A stretch of DNA of 42,482 nucleotides from NCBI GenBank assembly GCA_035266805.1, contig DATFMS010000209.1:1-42482 (forward strand), written 5' to 3'. The stretch is from Burkholderiales bacterium (GTDB lineage: Bacteria; Pseudomonadota; Gammaproteobacteria; Burkholderiales; SG8-39). This document shows, piece after piece, positions 9,280-18,451 of the stretch (position 1 is the first letter of the stretch; each line of letters begins with the position of its first letter). Position numbers and translations under genes: made by a program. The notes under the pieces are model-generated. The model did not search any database. It was not told the origin of the DNA and saw nothing but the letters and a program-made list of their open reading frames with translations.

Positions 9280-9546
9280 ATGCCGGCGGTCGTGATGTAT
9301 TGCACTGCCGCCTGCCCTTACTGTCGGTTGGCCGAGCAGCTGCTGGCGGAGAAGGGCGTGCACGACCTGAACAAGATCCGCGTCGACCTCGAGCCGGCGC
9401 GGCGCAGCGAAATGATGCGAAGAGGCGGCCGGCGAAGCGTGCCGCAGATCTGGATCGGCGAGCGTCACGTCGGTGGCTGCGACGATCTCTATGCCCTCGA
9501 GCGCGCGGGGGAATTGGACCAACTGCTGTACGCGGCGCAGACCTGA
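9280..9546 (+). CDS. grxC: Glutaredoxin 3
   Basis: 88 aa. CPYC active site, RRSVPQIWIGERHVGGCDDL. Confidence 0.92.
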   Translation: MPAVVMYCTAACPYCRLAEQLLAEKGVHDLNKIRVDLEPARRSEMMRRGGRRSVPQIWIGERHVGGCDDLYALERAGELDQLLYAAQT

Positions 9547-9571
9547 CGCCGCTGCCAATGCCGGAGAGCTC

Positions 9572-10033
9572 ATGAGCGAAGATCAGCCAACCTTCCAGAT
9601 CGAGAAGATCTACGTCAAGGATCTTTCCCTCGAGATTCCGAACGCGCCGCAGGTCTTCATGCAGGCCGAGCAGCCGCAGCTCGAGGTGCAGATCAACAAC
9701 GAGTCCGCGCAGTTCGCCGACGGCATGTACGAGGTCACGCTCTCGGTGACCGTAACCGCGCGCGCCGGCGAGCGCACGATATTCCTCGCCGAGGCCGTGC
9801 AAGCCGGCATTTTCGCCGTGCGCGGCGTGCCCCAGGCCGACCTCGACCCGCTGCTCGCCATCGGCTGCCCGACGATCCTCTATCCCTATGTGCGCGAAAC
9901 CGTGTCCGACCTGGTGACGCGTGGCGGCTTTCCGCCCGTGCTGCTGGCACCGGTATCGTTCGAGGCGCTATACGCGCAGCGCGCGCAACAGCAGCAGTCC
10001 GGCGCGGACTCCCGGATCGAGATCTCTTCCTAG
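9572..10033 (+). CDS. secB: Protein-export chaperone SecB
   Basis: In ORF 9473..10033, ATG at 9572. FQIEKIYVKDLSLEIPNAP....CPTILYPYVRETVSDLVTRGGFPPVLLAPVSFEALY is typical SecB. Confidence 0.92.
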   Translation: MSEDQPTFQIEKIYVKDLSLEIPNAPQVFMQAEQPQLEVQINNESAQFADGMYEVTLSVTVTARAGERTIFLAEAVQAGIFAVRGVPQADLDPLLAIGCPTILYPYVRETVSDLVTRGGFPPVLLAPVSFEALYAQRAQQQQSGADSRIEISS

Positions 10034-10034
10034 C

Positions 10035-10469
10035 ATGCGCTACGCGGCCCTCATTGCCGCATTGCTGATCACCGCGTCTGCCCATGCGGCCGAATACCGC
10101 AGCGTTGGCCAGGACGCCGCGGTGCTGTACGACGCGCCGTCCAAGGCGGCGACCCCGCTGTACGTCGTCTCGCGCGACTATCCGCTGGAGGTCATCGTCA
10201 AGCTCGAGGCCTGGGTAAAGGTGCGCGACCAGACCGGCGCTCTGTCGTGGATCGAAAAGAGCGCGCTGTCCGACCGGCACATGGTGGTGGTGGTGGCGAC
10301 GGCGGCGCAGGTGCACGTGCGGCCTGACGACGCTTCGCCGATTGCCTTCGTCGCGGCGCAGAACGTGGCGCTCGAGCTGCTCGAAGTGGTGCCCGGGGGC
10401 TGGCTGCGTGTGCGCCACGACGACGGTTCCAACGGCTACGTGCGCGCGACCCTGGTGTGGGGTGGCTGA
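10035..10469 (+). CDS. Exported protein with two bacterial SH3-like repeats
   Basis: In ORF 9921..10469, ATG at 10035, 1 nt after the secB stop. Signal peptide [18 protein letters not shown]. Two similar halves (..VLYDAPS...[16 protein letters not shown] / ..VHVRPDD...[17 protein letters not shown]), which is an SH3b-like pattern. Confidence 0.6.
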   Translation: MRYAALIAALLITASAHAAEYRSVGQDAAVLYDAPSKAATPLYVVSRDYPLEVIVKLEAWVKVRDQTGALSWIEKSALSDRHMVVVVATAAQVHVRPDDASPIAFVAAQNVALELLEVVPGGWLRVRHDDGSNGYVRATLVWGG

Positions 10470-10482
10470 GGCCGAATCGCCG

Positions 10483-11490
10483 ATGAGCCGGGTCGCGGTG
10501 CTCGGGGCGGGGGCCTGGGGCACGGCTCTTGCCGCGGCGCTCGCGCGCGCCGGGGCGCAGGTGTTTCTGTGGGCGCGTGATGCGGCGCAGGCGGAGACGA
10601 TCGGACGCCTGCGGCGCAACGAGCGCTATCTGCCCGAAATCGAACTGCCCGCGCGCCTGGCCGTGACCTCGGCGCTGCCGAACGCGCTCGAGGGTGCCGG
10701 ACTGCTGCTTGCGGCGACGCCGGTGGCGGGGTTACGCCAGCTGCTCGGCCAGCTGCAGGCCGCGCATGCCGAGGCGCCGCTGGTCTGGCTTTGCAAGGGC
10801 TTCGAGCAGGGAACGGGGCGGCTGCCGCACCAGATCGTGGCCGAGGCGCTGGACGGGGCCCTACCCAGCGGCGCGCTATCGGGCCCGTCGTTCGCGCTCG
10901 AGGTCGCGCGCGGACTGCCGTGCGCGCTCACACTCGCCTCGGGGGACGCCGTCTTTGCGCGCGACGCGGCCGCGACGCTACACGGCGGCAGGCTGCGCGT
11001 GTATCACAGCACCGACCTGATCGGGGTTGAAATCGGCGGCGCGGTGAAGAACGTGATGGCGATCGCGGTCGGCATCTGCGACGGCCTCGGCCTGGGCCAG
11101 AATGCGCGCGCCGCGCTGATCACCCGGGGCCTGGCGGAAATCTCTCGCCTCGGCGTCGCGCTCGGCGGCGCGGCGGAGACGTTCATGGGCCTCGCCGGGG
11201 CCGGGGACCTGATCCTCACGGCCACCGGCGACCTCTCGCGCAACCGCCGTGTCGGGCTCGAGCTGGCGCGCGGCCGGCCGCTGGACCAGATTCTCGGCGC
11301 CCTCGGTCACGTCGCCGAGGGGGTGCGCTCGGCACAGGAGGTAGTGCGGCTCGCTGCCGAGACGGGGATCGAGATGCCGATCACCGACGCGGTAAACGCG
11401 GTCCTGCGGGGCAGCCTCGCGCCGCAGGCGGCGGCCGAGCTGCTGCTTGCGCGCGACCCGAAGGCCGAGGCGGTCAGCGCGCGCCGCTGA
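10483..11490 (+). CDS. gpsA: NAD(P)H-dependent glycerol-3-phosphate dehydrogenase
   Basis: In ORF 10342..11490, ATG at 10483. [14 protein letters not shown] Rossmann motif, [39 protein letters not shown]. Confidence 0.93.
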   Translation: MSRVAVLGAGAWGTALAAALARAGAQVFLWARDAAQAETIGRLRRNERYLPEIELPARLAVTSALPNALEGAGLLLAATPVAGLRQLLGQLQAAHAEAPLVWLCKGFEQGTGRLPHQIVAEALDGALPSGALSGPSFALEVARGLPCALTLASGDAVFARDAAATLHGGRLRVYHSTDLIGVEIGGAVKNVMAIAVGICDGLGLGQNARAALITRGLAEISRLGVALGGAAETFMGLAGAGDLILTATGDLSRNRRVGLELARGRPLDQILGALGHVAEGVRSAQEVVRLAAETGIEMPITDAVNAVLRGSLAPQAAAELLLARDPKAEAVSARR

Positions 11491-11938
11491 ACTCCAGCTG
11501 GCGCCAGGCCTCGAACACCACCACCGCGACCGCGTTCGACAGGTTCAAGCTGCGATTCCCGGGGCGCATCGGTAGGCGCAAGCGCCGCTCCGGCGCGAAC
11601 TGCGCCAGCAGCTCTTCGGGCAGGCCGCGTGTCTCGGCGCCGAACACGAACACGTCTCCCGGCGCGTACCGCACATCGGTGTACTGCGTTTCGCCGCGGG
11701 TGGAGAGCGCGAACAGGCGCCGCCCGGCGAGCGCCGCGCGGCAAGCGTCCCAGTGCGGGTGAACCTGGACGCTCGCCAGCTCGTGGTAATCGAGTCCCGC
11801 GCGCCGGAGCTGGCGGTCGTCCATCGAAAACCCGAGCGGCTCGATCAGATGCAGCCGGGCGCCGGTGTTGGCCGCGAGGCGGATCACGTTGCCCGTATTG
11901 GGCGGAATCTCCGGCACGTGCAGAACGATGTCGATCAT
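11474..11938 (-). CDS. trmL: tRNA (cytidine/uridine-34 2'-O)-methyltransferase TrmL (SpoU/TrmH family)
   Basis: 154 aa. [34 protein letters not shown], and [27 protein letters not shown] (SPOUT knot motifs). Confidence 0.9.
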   Translation of the reverse strand: MIDIVLHVPEIPPNTGNVIRLAANTGARLHLIEPLGFSMDDRQLRRAGLDYHELASVQVHPHWDACRAALAGRRLFALSTRGETQYTDVRYAPGDVFVFGAETRGLPEELLAQFAPERRLRLPMRPGNRSLNLSNAVAVVVFEAWRQLEFSGAR

Positions 11939-12654
11939 CCGAATTCCGGCGGCAAAGTGCGCGCCGCGACCCAGTTGACCACGCGCGAGGCGCCGGCGCG
12001 CTTGAGCGCGCGCGCGATCTCGTCGAGGGTCGCACCGGTGGTCATCACGTCGTCCACTACCGCGACGACGATGCCGTCCAACGGGCGCGGGCAGCGGAAC
12101 GCTCCGCGCACGTTGCGCACGCGATCCGCCGCCGGCAGGTCAACCTGGGCGGAGGTATCGCGGCTGCGCTCGCACAGCCACGGCTGCAGCTTCACCCCGG
12201 ACGTCCGCGCTACCGCGCGCGCGATCTCCATCGATTGGTTGTAGCCTCGCTCGCGCAGGCGAGCGGCCGACAGCGGCACCGGAAGCACGGCATCGACACG
12301 AGCGGCGGCGGACGCGCGCTGCGCGAGCTCGCGCCCGAGCAGCGCGGCGAACGCAAGTGCGCCGCGGAACTTGAGCGCCTGGATCAGCACGTCGGTGGGA
12401 AAGCGGTAGGCCAATGCCGCGACGGTGGCGTCGAACTGCGGCGGAGTGGCCAGGCAGGCGCCGCAGACCGCGCCCTCCGGGGACGGAAGCGCGCAGCGCG
12501 GGCAAAGTTCGCCTGCGGCAAGCCGCGGCAGGTCGCGGTCGCAGGCGGCGCAGAGCAGGCTCTCGTTGCGTGCGCTCTCGGCGGCCCCGCGGCACAGCAG
12601 GCAGGTTCCGCCGAAAACGAGGTTGGCGATGCGTCGGGCGGCGCGCGTCAGCAT
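11935..12654 (-). CDS. comF: ComF family protein (phosphoribosyltransferase domain, N-terminal Cys-rich zinc finger)
   Basis: ORF 11935..12747 with the start at M32 (ATG 12652-12654). CLLC..CAAC..CPRC..CGAC Cys pairs, RGYNQS, and VVDDVMTTGATL PRTase motif. ATGA overlap with the trmL start. Confidence 0.85.
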   Translation of the reverse strand: MLTRAARRIANLVFGGTCLLCRGAAESARNESLLCAACDRDLPRLAAGELCPRCALPSPEGAVCGACLATPPQFDATVAALAYRFPTDVLIQALKFRGALAFAALLGRELAQRASAAARVDAVLPVPLSAARLRERGYNQSMEIARAVARTSGVKLQPWLCERSRDTSAQVDLPAADRVRNVRGAFRCPRPLDGIVVAVVDDVMTTGATLDEIARALKRAGASRVVNWVAARTLPPEFG

Positions 12655-12761
12655 GAGGGGCAGGCGGATGCGCCCGATTATGCGCCCTGCGGCGCGCCTT
12701 GACGGGCGCGCGAAGCGGCCGCGAGAATCGGCTCGTACCCAACGCAACAGGACCTCCCCAG

Positions 12762-14132
12762 ATGTGGACAGTAGCCGGATTGGCGGCCGACCTCGCCGCC
12801 GGCCGCACGAGCAGCCGAGAGCTGGTCGAGCAGTCGCTCGCGCGCATCACCGACGCCGGGGGCGAAGGCTCGCGCGCGTTCCTCAAGGTCTATGCCGAGA
12901 CCGCCCGTGCCGAGGCGGATCTCGCCGATCGCCTGCGCGCCAGCGGCATCGTGCGTTCCCCCGTCGACGGCCTGCCAGTATCGGTCAAGGATCTATTCGA
13001 CGTCGGCGGCGATGTGACGCGCGCCGGCTCGAAGCTGCTGGCCGACGCAGCGCCCGCGCCGCGCGACGCGCCGCCGGTGGCGCGCCTGCGGGCCGCCGGC
13101 GCACCGATCGTCGGCCGCACCAACATGGTCGAATTCGCCTTCGGCACGACCGGCCTCAACCCCCATTACGGTACTCCGCGCAATCCCTGGGACCGTAGCG
13201 CGGGTCGCGTTCCGGGCGGCTCGTCCGCGGGTGCCGCGGTGGCGCAGGCCGATGGCATGTGCGTGATGGCGCTCGGCAGCGACACGCGGGGCTCGGTGCG
13301 CCAGCCAGCCGCCCTGTGCGGTGTGACGGGATTCAAACCGACCGCGCGCCGCGTGCCGCGCGAGGGTGCTTTCCCGCTTTCCTACACCCTCGATTCGATC
13401 GGCCCGCTCGCCAATACGGTCGCCTGCTGCGCAGCCTATGACGCGGTGCTCGCGGGCGAGGCGCCCGCACCGCTGGCGGACTTGCCGGTCGAGGGCCTGC
13501 GACTGCTCGTGCCGCGCTCGAGCCTGCTCGACGACCTCGACGCGCCAGTGCAAAAGGCGTTCGAGCTCGCGCTGAGCGGGCTGTCGGCTGCGGGCGCGGT
13601 TCTCAGCGAGCTTCCGGTCGCTGCCTTCGATCGCCAAGCGGAATACTTCCGCAACGGAGGGTTTGCGGGCGCCGAGGCCTATGCGATCCACCGGCGATGG
13701 GAAGACAGGCTCGCCGAATACGATCCGCGCGTAGCCAAACGCATCTTGCTCGGGAAAGCGCTCGGCGCGGCGGATTACGTGGAGCTCGGCCTTCTGCGCG
13801 CCACCTACATGCGCGAGGTCGAGGCGCTGCTGGCACCCTTCGACGCCTTCCTGATGCCGACAACGCCCTGTGTGGCGCCGACCATCGCCGAGGTGAATCG
13901 AAGTGACGAGGACTATTTCCGCTGGAACATGCGTATCCTGCGCAACGTCGGGGTGGTCAATTTTCTCGACGGCTGCGCGCTGAGCCTGCCGTGCCACGCG
14001 CCGGGCACGGCGCCGGTCGGGCTTTCGGTGTGCGGCGCGGCGCTCACGGACCGGCACGTGCTGGCCGTTGGCGCAGCCATAGAGCGCGCGCTGGACCCGG
14101 TCACGCGGCGCGCGACCGCCACAGGTGGCTGA
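12762..14132 (+). CDS. Amidase-signature (AS) family hydrolase
   Basis: ORF 12699..14132 with the start at ATG 12762 (MWTVAGLAADLAAGRTSSRELVEQSLARI). Catalytic Lys (GLPVSVKDLF). GGSSAGAA plus GSDTRGSVRQPAALCG give the Ser-cisSer-Lys signature. Confidence 0.88.
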   Translation: MWTVAGLAADLAAGRTSSRELVEQSLARITDAGGEGSRAFLKVYAETARAEADLADRLRASGIVRSPVDGLPVSVKDLFDVGGDVTRAGSKLLADAAPAPRDAPPVARLRAAGAPIVGRTNMVEFAFGTTGLNPHYGTPRNPWDRSAGRVPGGSSAGAAVAQADGMCVMALGSDTRGSVRQPAALCGVTGFKPTARRVPREGAFPLSYTLDSIGPLANTVACCAAYDAVLAGEAPAPLADLPVEGLRLLVPRSSLLDDLDAPVQKAFELALSGLSAAGAVLSELPVAAFDRQAEYFRNGGFAGAEAYAIHRRWEDRLAEYDPRVAKRILLGKALGAADYVELGLLRATYMREVEALLAPFDAFLMPTTPCVAPTIAEVNRSDEDYFRWNMRILRNVGVVNFLDGCALSLPCHAPGTAPVGLSVCGAALTDRHVLAVGAAIERALDPVTRRATATGG

Positions 14133-15000
14133 GGCGGGCGCCCGGCTCGAGCGCCGCGCCGCGCGGCGCCGTTTCGAGCGCGCGGCGGGCAGCTACGCCG
14201 ATGCGGCGCGGCTCGAAGCGGAAGTCGGCGCGCGCATGCTCGAGCGGCTCGACTACGTCCGCATCGCACCGCAATGGATCCTCGACGCGGGAGCGGGCAC
14301 CGCGCGCGAGGCGCGGCGCCTGGCCGAGCGCTATCGCGAGGCCAGCCTCGTTGCGCTGGACTTCTCGCTCCCGATGCTGCAGCACGCGCAGCAGCGAGGC
14401 GGCTTTCTGTCGCGACTGTTCGCCGGACCGCGGCCGCTGCCGGTGTGCGCCGATTTCGAACGCCTGCCGTTCGCCTCGGGTTCGATCGGCCTGCTGTGGT
14501 CGAACATGGCGCTGCACTGGCTCGACGAGCCACTCGCCGCGCTGCGCGAGTTTGAGCGGGTGCTGAGCAAGGACGGACTGGTGATGCTCAGCACCCTGGG
14601 TCCCGACACCCTCAAGGAACTGCGCGCGGCCGCTGGCGAGACCCGGGTGCACCGATTCATGGACATGCACGATCTGGGCGACCGGCTGGTCGCCGCCGGA
14701 TTCTCGGCGCCGGTGATCGACATGGAGGTCATCACGGTTACCTACCCCGACGCCAACGCGTTCCTGCAAGAGTTGCGCGCCACCGGTCAGACCGGGGTTC
14801 GTGCCGACCGGCCGCGCGGCCTCGCCGGGAGGCGCTTTCTCGCCCAGCTGCATGCCTCGTTGCGGGCGCAATCGGGTGGCGACCGTCTGCCAGCCACGTT
14901 CGAAGTAATCTACGGCCACGCTTGGAAAGGCGCGCCGCGGGAGGCCAGCGGCGGTCCGGCCAAAGTGCGGCTGGAACTTTCGCGCCATAAAAAAAGTTGA
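14125..15000 (+). CDS. bioC: Malonyl-ACP O-methyltransferase BioC-like class I SAM methyltransferase
   Basis: GTG start at 14125 overlaps the amidase stop (GTGGCTGA). FERAAGSYADAARLEAEVGARMLERL, ILDAGAGTA (SAM motif I), FDLLWSN-like GLLWSNMALHW, LREFERVLSKDGLVMLSTLGPDTLKEL, and C-terminal TFEVIYGHAW are colinear with E. coli BioC as I remember it. Confidence 0.78.
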   Translation: MAEAGARLERRAARRRFERAAGSYADAARLEAEVGARMLERLDYVRIAPQWILDAGAGTAREARRLAERYREASLVALDFSLPMLQHAQQRGGFLSRLFAGPRPLPVCADFERLPFASGSIGLLWSNMALHWLDEPLAALREFERVLSKDGLVMLSTLGPDTLKELRAAAGETRVHRFMDMHDLGDRLVAAGFSAPVIDMEVITVTYPDANAFLQELRATGQTGVRADRPRGLAGRRFLAQLHASLRAQSGGDRLPATFEVIYGHAWKGAPREASGGPAKVRLELSRHKKS

Positions 15001-15120
15001 GCCGTCGCTGCGGCCGAAGGTGAGGATTTATCTCGGTTTTTTGTGTTGTTAAGGCAGCGCGACTGTGGTAATTTACCGCCGCTTCGGCTCCCTCGATTTG
15101 ATGCAAGAGCGTACCGAAGC

Positions 15121-15612
15121 ATGCCAAGTATCGAAATCCCGCGGCGGGAGTTGGTGTTTCAGGAGCAGGCGAGCGGCTCAAGCCTGCTGCTAAAGCGCAA
15201 TTGTTCGATGTCGCCGGGAGGCATGTTGCGGTTGTTCGCCCCGCTTGCGCTCGCGTCGCTCGGTATCGCTGCGGGATTTGCAATCGCGGGAGCTTGGCTG
15301 GTGCTGCCGTTCGCGGGCCTGGAGGTGCTTGCGCTCGGCGCGGCGTTCCTGGTCAACGCGCGGCACGCTACGGACTTCGAGCGGATCGAGGTTTCGACGG
15401 GTCGCCTGACGATCGAAGTCGCGGAGGCGGATCGCGTGACCCGCTACGTGCTTAACCCGCGGGCCGCGAAGCTGCGGCTCGAGAAGGGCGAGGGCTACGG
15501 CGCACGCCTGCTGTTGCGCACGCCGGGCAGAGATGTTGAAATCGGCCGCCACCTCGACGCCGAGGCGCGCGTGGAGTTCGCGGCCGAACTGACGAAGAAA
15601 TTGCAGATCTGA
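15121..15612 (+). CDS. DUF2244-type integral membrane protein associated with cytochrome oxidase clusters
   Basis: In ORF 15043..15612, ATG at 15121. Two adjacent TM helices (LFAPLALASLGIAAGFAIAGAWLVLPFAGLEVLALGAAFLV) followed by a soluble tail. Lies immediately upstream of coxB. Confidence 0.65.
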   Translation: MPSIEIPRRELVFQEQASGSSLLLKRNCSMSPGGMLRLFAPLALASLGIAAGFAIAGAWLVLPFAGLEVLALGAAFLVNARHATDFERIEVSTGRLTIEVAEADRVTRYVLNPRAAKLRLEKGEGYGARLLLRTPGRDVEIGRHLDAEARVEFAAELTKKLQI

Positions 15613-15629
15613 AATAGGGAAGGGGAAAA

Positions 15630-16487
15630 ATGGCAAGCAAGTCGGCACCCCGGGACGCGCGCTTCGGCGCGCTTTCAAAGATACCTGCGCGATGGGCTGC
15701 GGCCCTGGTCGGAGCGTTGCTTTCTTGGCCGGTGATGGCGGCCACCTGGAATCTGCAGCCGCCGGCTACGGAGATCGCGTCCGACATCCACGGCCTGCAC
15801 GCGTACGTCATGCTGCTGGTGGCCGTGATCTTCTTCGGCGTTTTCGGCTTCATGTTCTGGGCCATCTACGCGCACCGCAAATCGAAGGGCCATAAGGCGG
15901 CGCAATTCCACGAGAACGTCACGGTCGAGATCCTGTGGACCGTGATCCCGGCGCTTATTCTGATCGCCATTGTGTGGCCGGCGACCCGGGTAGTGATCGC
16001 GCAGAAGGACGCCTCGAACTCCGATATCACGATCAAGGCCACCGGCTACCAGTGGAAATGGGGTTACGACTACATCAAGGGCGAGGGCATGGGCATCAGC
16101 TTTCTGTCGGCGCTGAGCACCCCGCCGGAGCAGATCAATGGCAAGGCGCCCAAGGACGAGCATTACCTGCTCGAGGTGGACCATCCGCTGGTCGTCCCGG
16201 TCGACAAGAAGGTACGCATCGTCACCACCGCAGGTGACGTAATCCACGCCTGGTCGGTGCCAGCTTTCGGCGTCAAGCAGGACGCGATTCCCGGCATCGT
16301 GCGCGACACCTGGTTCAAGGCCGACAAGACGGGGACCTACCGCGGGCAATGCTCCGAATTGTGCGGCAAGAACCACGGTTTCATGCCGATCGTCGTCAAG
16401 GTAGTGACCGAGCCGGAGTACGCAGCCTGGGTCGCCGAGCAGAAAAAGGGCCGGGCTGCAGCCGCTCTCACGACTGCCGGCAAGTAA
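15630..16487 (+). CDS. coxB: Cytochrome c oxidase subunit II (CuA domain only, no fused cytochrome c)
   Basis: 285 aa. Two TM helices, and the CuA site DVIHAWSVPAFGVKQDAIPG...GQCSELCGKNHGFMP. No CXXCH motif anywhere in the product. Confidence 0.93.
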   Translation: MASKSAPRDARFGALSKIPARWAAALVGALLSWPVMAATWNLQPPATEIASDIHGLHAYVMLLVAVIFFGVFGFMFWAIYAHRKSKGHKAAQFHENVTVEILWTVIPALILIAIVWPATRVVIAQKDASNSDITIKATGYQWKWGYDYIKGEGMGISFLSALSTPPEQINGKAPKDEHYLLEVDHPLVVPVDKKVRIVTTAGDVIHAWSVPAFGVKQDAIPGIVRDTWFKADKTGTYRGQCSELCGKNHGFMPIVVKVVTEPEYAAWVAEQKKGRAAAALTTAGK

Positions 16488-16518
16488 CGACTCGAATCCA
16501 AGTATCAGGAGAACATCG

Positions 16519-18114
16519 ATGAGCGCAGTTGTGGACACCCACGGCCACGGCCACGAGCACCAGGACCTGCACGGCGGCTACGGCGGCGTCATGCGCTGGA
16601 TCACGACCACCAACCACAAGGACATCGGCACGCTGTACCTGTGGTTCAGTTTCATCATGTTCCTGGTAGGCGGTGTGATGGCTCTGGTGATCCGCGCCGA
16701 GCTGTTCGAGCCTGGGCTGCAGATCGTGAACCCGGAGTTGTTCAACCAGCTGACCACCATGCACGGCCTGGTCATGATCTTCGGCGCGATCATGCCGGCG
16801 TTCGTCGGTTTCGCGAACTGGCTGATCCCGATGCAGATCGGTGCGCCCGACATGGCCTTCGCGCGCATGAACAACTGGTCGTTCTGGCTGCTTCCGTTCG
16901 CCGCCTCGCTGCTGATGATTTCGTTCTTCGTGCCGGGTGGTGCTCCGGAGACGGGCTGGACGATGTACGCCCCGCTCACGGTTCAGCAAGGCATGGGGAT
17001 GGACTTTACGATTTTCGCCGTGCACCTGCTGGGCATGAGCTCGATCATGGGCTCGATCAACATCATCACGACGATCCTCAACATGCGTGCGCCCGGCATG
17101 ACGCTGATGAAGATGCCGATGTTCTGCTGGACTTGGTTGATCACCGCCTACCTGCTGGTGGCCGTGATGCCGGTGCTTGCGGGCGCGGTTACCATGACGC
17201 TGACCGACCGGCACTTCGGCACTTCGTTCTTCAACGCCGCGGGCGGCGGCGATCCGGTGATGTACCAGCACATCTTCTGGTTTTTCGGCCATCCCGAGGT
17301 CTACATCATCGCATTGCCGGCCTTCGGCGTGATTTCGCAGGTGATCCCGGCGTTCTCGCGCAAGCCCCTGTTCGGCTACGCCTCGATGGTCTACGCCACT
17401 TCGGCGATCGCGATCCTGTCGTTCATCGTCTGGGCGCACCACATGTACACCACTGGCATGCCGGTGACCGGGCAGCTGTTCTTCATGTACGCGACGACCC
17501 TGATCGCGATTCCCACCGGAGTGAAGGTGTTCAACTGGGTGGCGACCATGTGGAAGGGGTCGCTGAGCTTCGAGACGCCGATGCTGTTCGCGGTCGGGTT
17601 TCTGCTCATGTTCACGCTTGGCGGTTTTTCGGGGCTGGTCCTGGCGCTGGCACCGGTCGACATACAGCTGCAGGACACCTATTACGTGGTGGCGCACTTC
17701 CATTACGTAATGGTGGCGGCAGCGCTGTTTTCGGCGTTTGCGGGGATCTATTTCTGGCTGCCCAAGTGGACCGGCAAGATGTACGACGAGAAGCTTGGCA
17801 AGTGGCACTTCTGGCTCTCGACCATATTCTTCAACATGATCTTCTTCGTGCAGCATTTTCTCGGTCTCGCGGGTATGCCGCGACGCATTCCGGACTACCC
17901 GTTGCAGTTTGAGACCTGGAACCAGATCTCGAGCGTCGGTGCCTTCGGCTTCGGGCTGACGCAGCTGCTGTTCCTGTACATCGTCGTGAAGACGATCCGC
18001 AGCGGCGAAAAGGCCCCTGAGAATCCCTGGGAGGGTGCCGATTCGCTCGAGTGGACGCATCTGCCGTCCCCGGCACCGTACCACTCGTTCGAAACCCCGC
18101 CGGTTATCAAATAA
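16519..18114 (+). CDS. ctaD: Cytochrome c oxidase subunit I (aa3 type)
   Basis: 531 aa. WITTTNHKDIGTLYL, GHPEVYIIALPAFG, WAHHMYTTG, and YYVVAHFHYVM are the canonical heme-copper oxidase motifs. Confidence 0.97.
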   Translation: MSAVVDTHGHGHEHQDLHGGYGGVMRWITTTNHKDIGTLYLWFSFIMFLVGGVMALVIRAELFEPGLQIVNPELFNQLTTMHGLVMIFGAIMPAFVGFANWLIPMQIGAPDMAFARMNNWSFWLLPFAASLLMISFFVPGGAPETGWTMYAPLTVQQGMGMDFTIFAVHLLGMSSIMGSINIITTILNMRAPGMTLMKMPMFCWTWLITAYLLVAVMPVLAGAVTMTLTDRHFGTSFFNAAGGGDPVMYQHIFWFFGHPEVYIIALPAFGVISQVIPAFSRKPLFGYASMVYATSAIAILSFIVWAHHMYTTGMPVTGQLFFMYATTLIAIPTGVKVFNWVATMWKGSLSFETPMLFAVGFLLMFTLGGFSGLVLALAPVDIQLQDTYYVVAHFHYVMVAAALFSAFAGIYFWLPKWTGKMYDEKLGKWHFWLSTIFFNMIFFVQHFLGLAGMPRRIPDYPLQFETWNQISSVGAFGFGLTQLLFLYIVVKTIRSGEKAPENPWEGADSLEWTHLPSPAPYHSFETPPVIK

Positions 18115-18125
18115 GCAAGGAGCCG

Positions 18126-18221
18126 ATGAGCCGCAACGCCAGGACCGGCCTGATCCTCGCCACGATTGCGCTGATGTTATTCCTCGGCATCATCGTCAAG
18201 TTCTGGCTGTTCGGACAGTGA
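18126..18221 (+). CDS. 31-aa single-TM protein (cytochrome oxidase small assembly protein-like)
   Basis: Not in the ORF track because it is short. ATG at 18126 preceded by AAGGAG. Translates to MSRNARTGLILATIALMLFLGIIVKFWLFGQ. Fills the coxA-DUF2970 gap exactly. Comparable mini-ORFs are annotated after coxA in beta-proteobacteria, as I recall. Confidence 0.55.
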   Translation: MSRNARTGLILATIALMLFLGIIVKFWLFGQ

Positions 18222-18229
18222 GCGAATCG

Positions 18230-18415
18230 ATGCGCCCCGGCCTGCTGGACGTAGTGAAGACGGTGCTGTTCGGCGCGATGGGGATTCGCCGCAAGGCCGA
18301 TCACGAGCGCCAGACGCAGCCGGTGAGCCCGGTCTATCTGATCGTCGCGGGCGTCGTTTTCGCGGCTTTGTTCGTGCTGACGCTGATCGTGATCGTGCGG
18401 ATCGTGGTGAGCTGA
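18230..18415 (+). CDS. DUF2970-type small membrane protein
   Basis: In ORF 18035..18415, ATG at 18230. MRPGLLDVVKTVLFGAMGIRRKADHERQ...VYLIVAGVVFAALFVLTLIVIV. Position between coxA and coxC is typical. Confidence 0.6.
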   Translation: MRPGLLDVVKTVLFGAMGIRRKADHERQTQPVSPVYLIVAGVVFAALFVLTLIVIVRIVVS

Positions 18416-18451
18416 AAAAAATCGGAAAATCGAAAGCAGGGAGACCACAAC

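Noticed and set aside
15001-15041. Possible terminator after bioC (T6 run at 15036-15041)
   Set aside because: Only 4-bp stems (GCCG/CGGC and CCGA/TCGG) can be drawn, which is too weak to call.
15098-15111. FNR/ANR-like half-site TTGAT upstream of the cox operon
   Set aside because: The second half (GAGCG) does not match ATCAA, so there is no dyad.
16468-18084. 538-aa ORF on the minus strand
   Set aside because: It is exactly antisense to cytochrome oxidase subunit I, whose identity is unambiguous. The product is His/Arg/Asp/Pro low-complexity.
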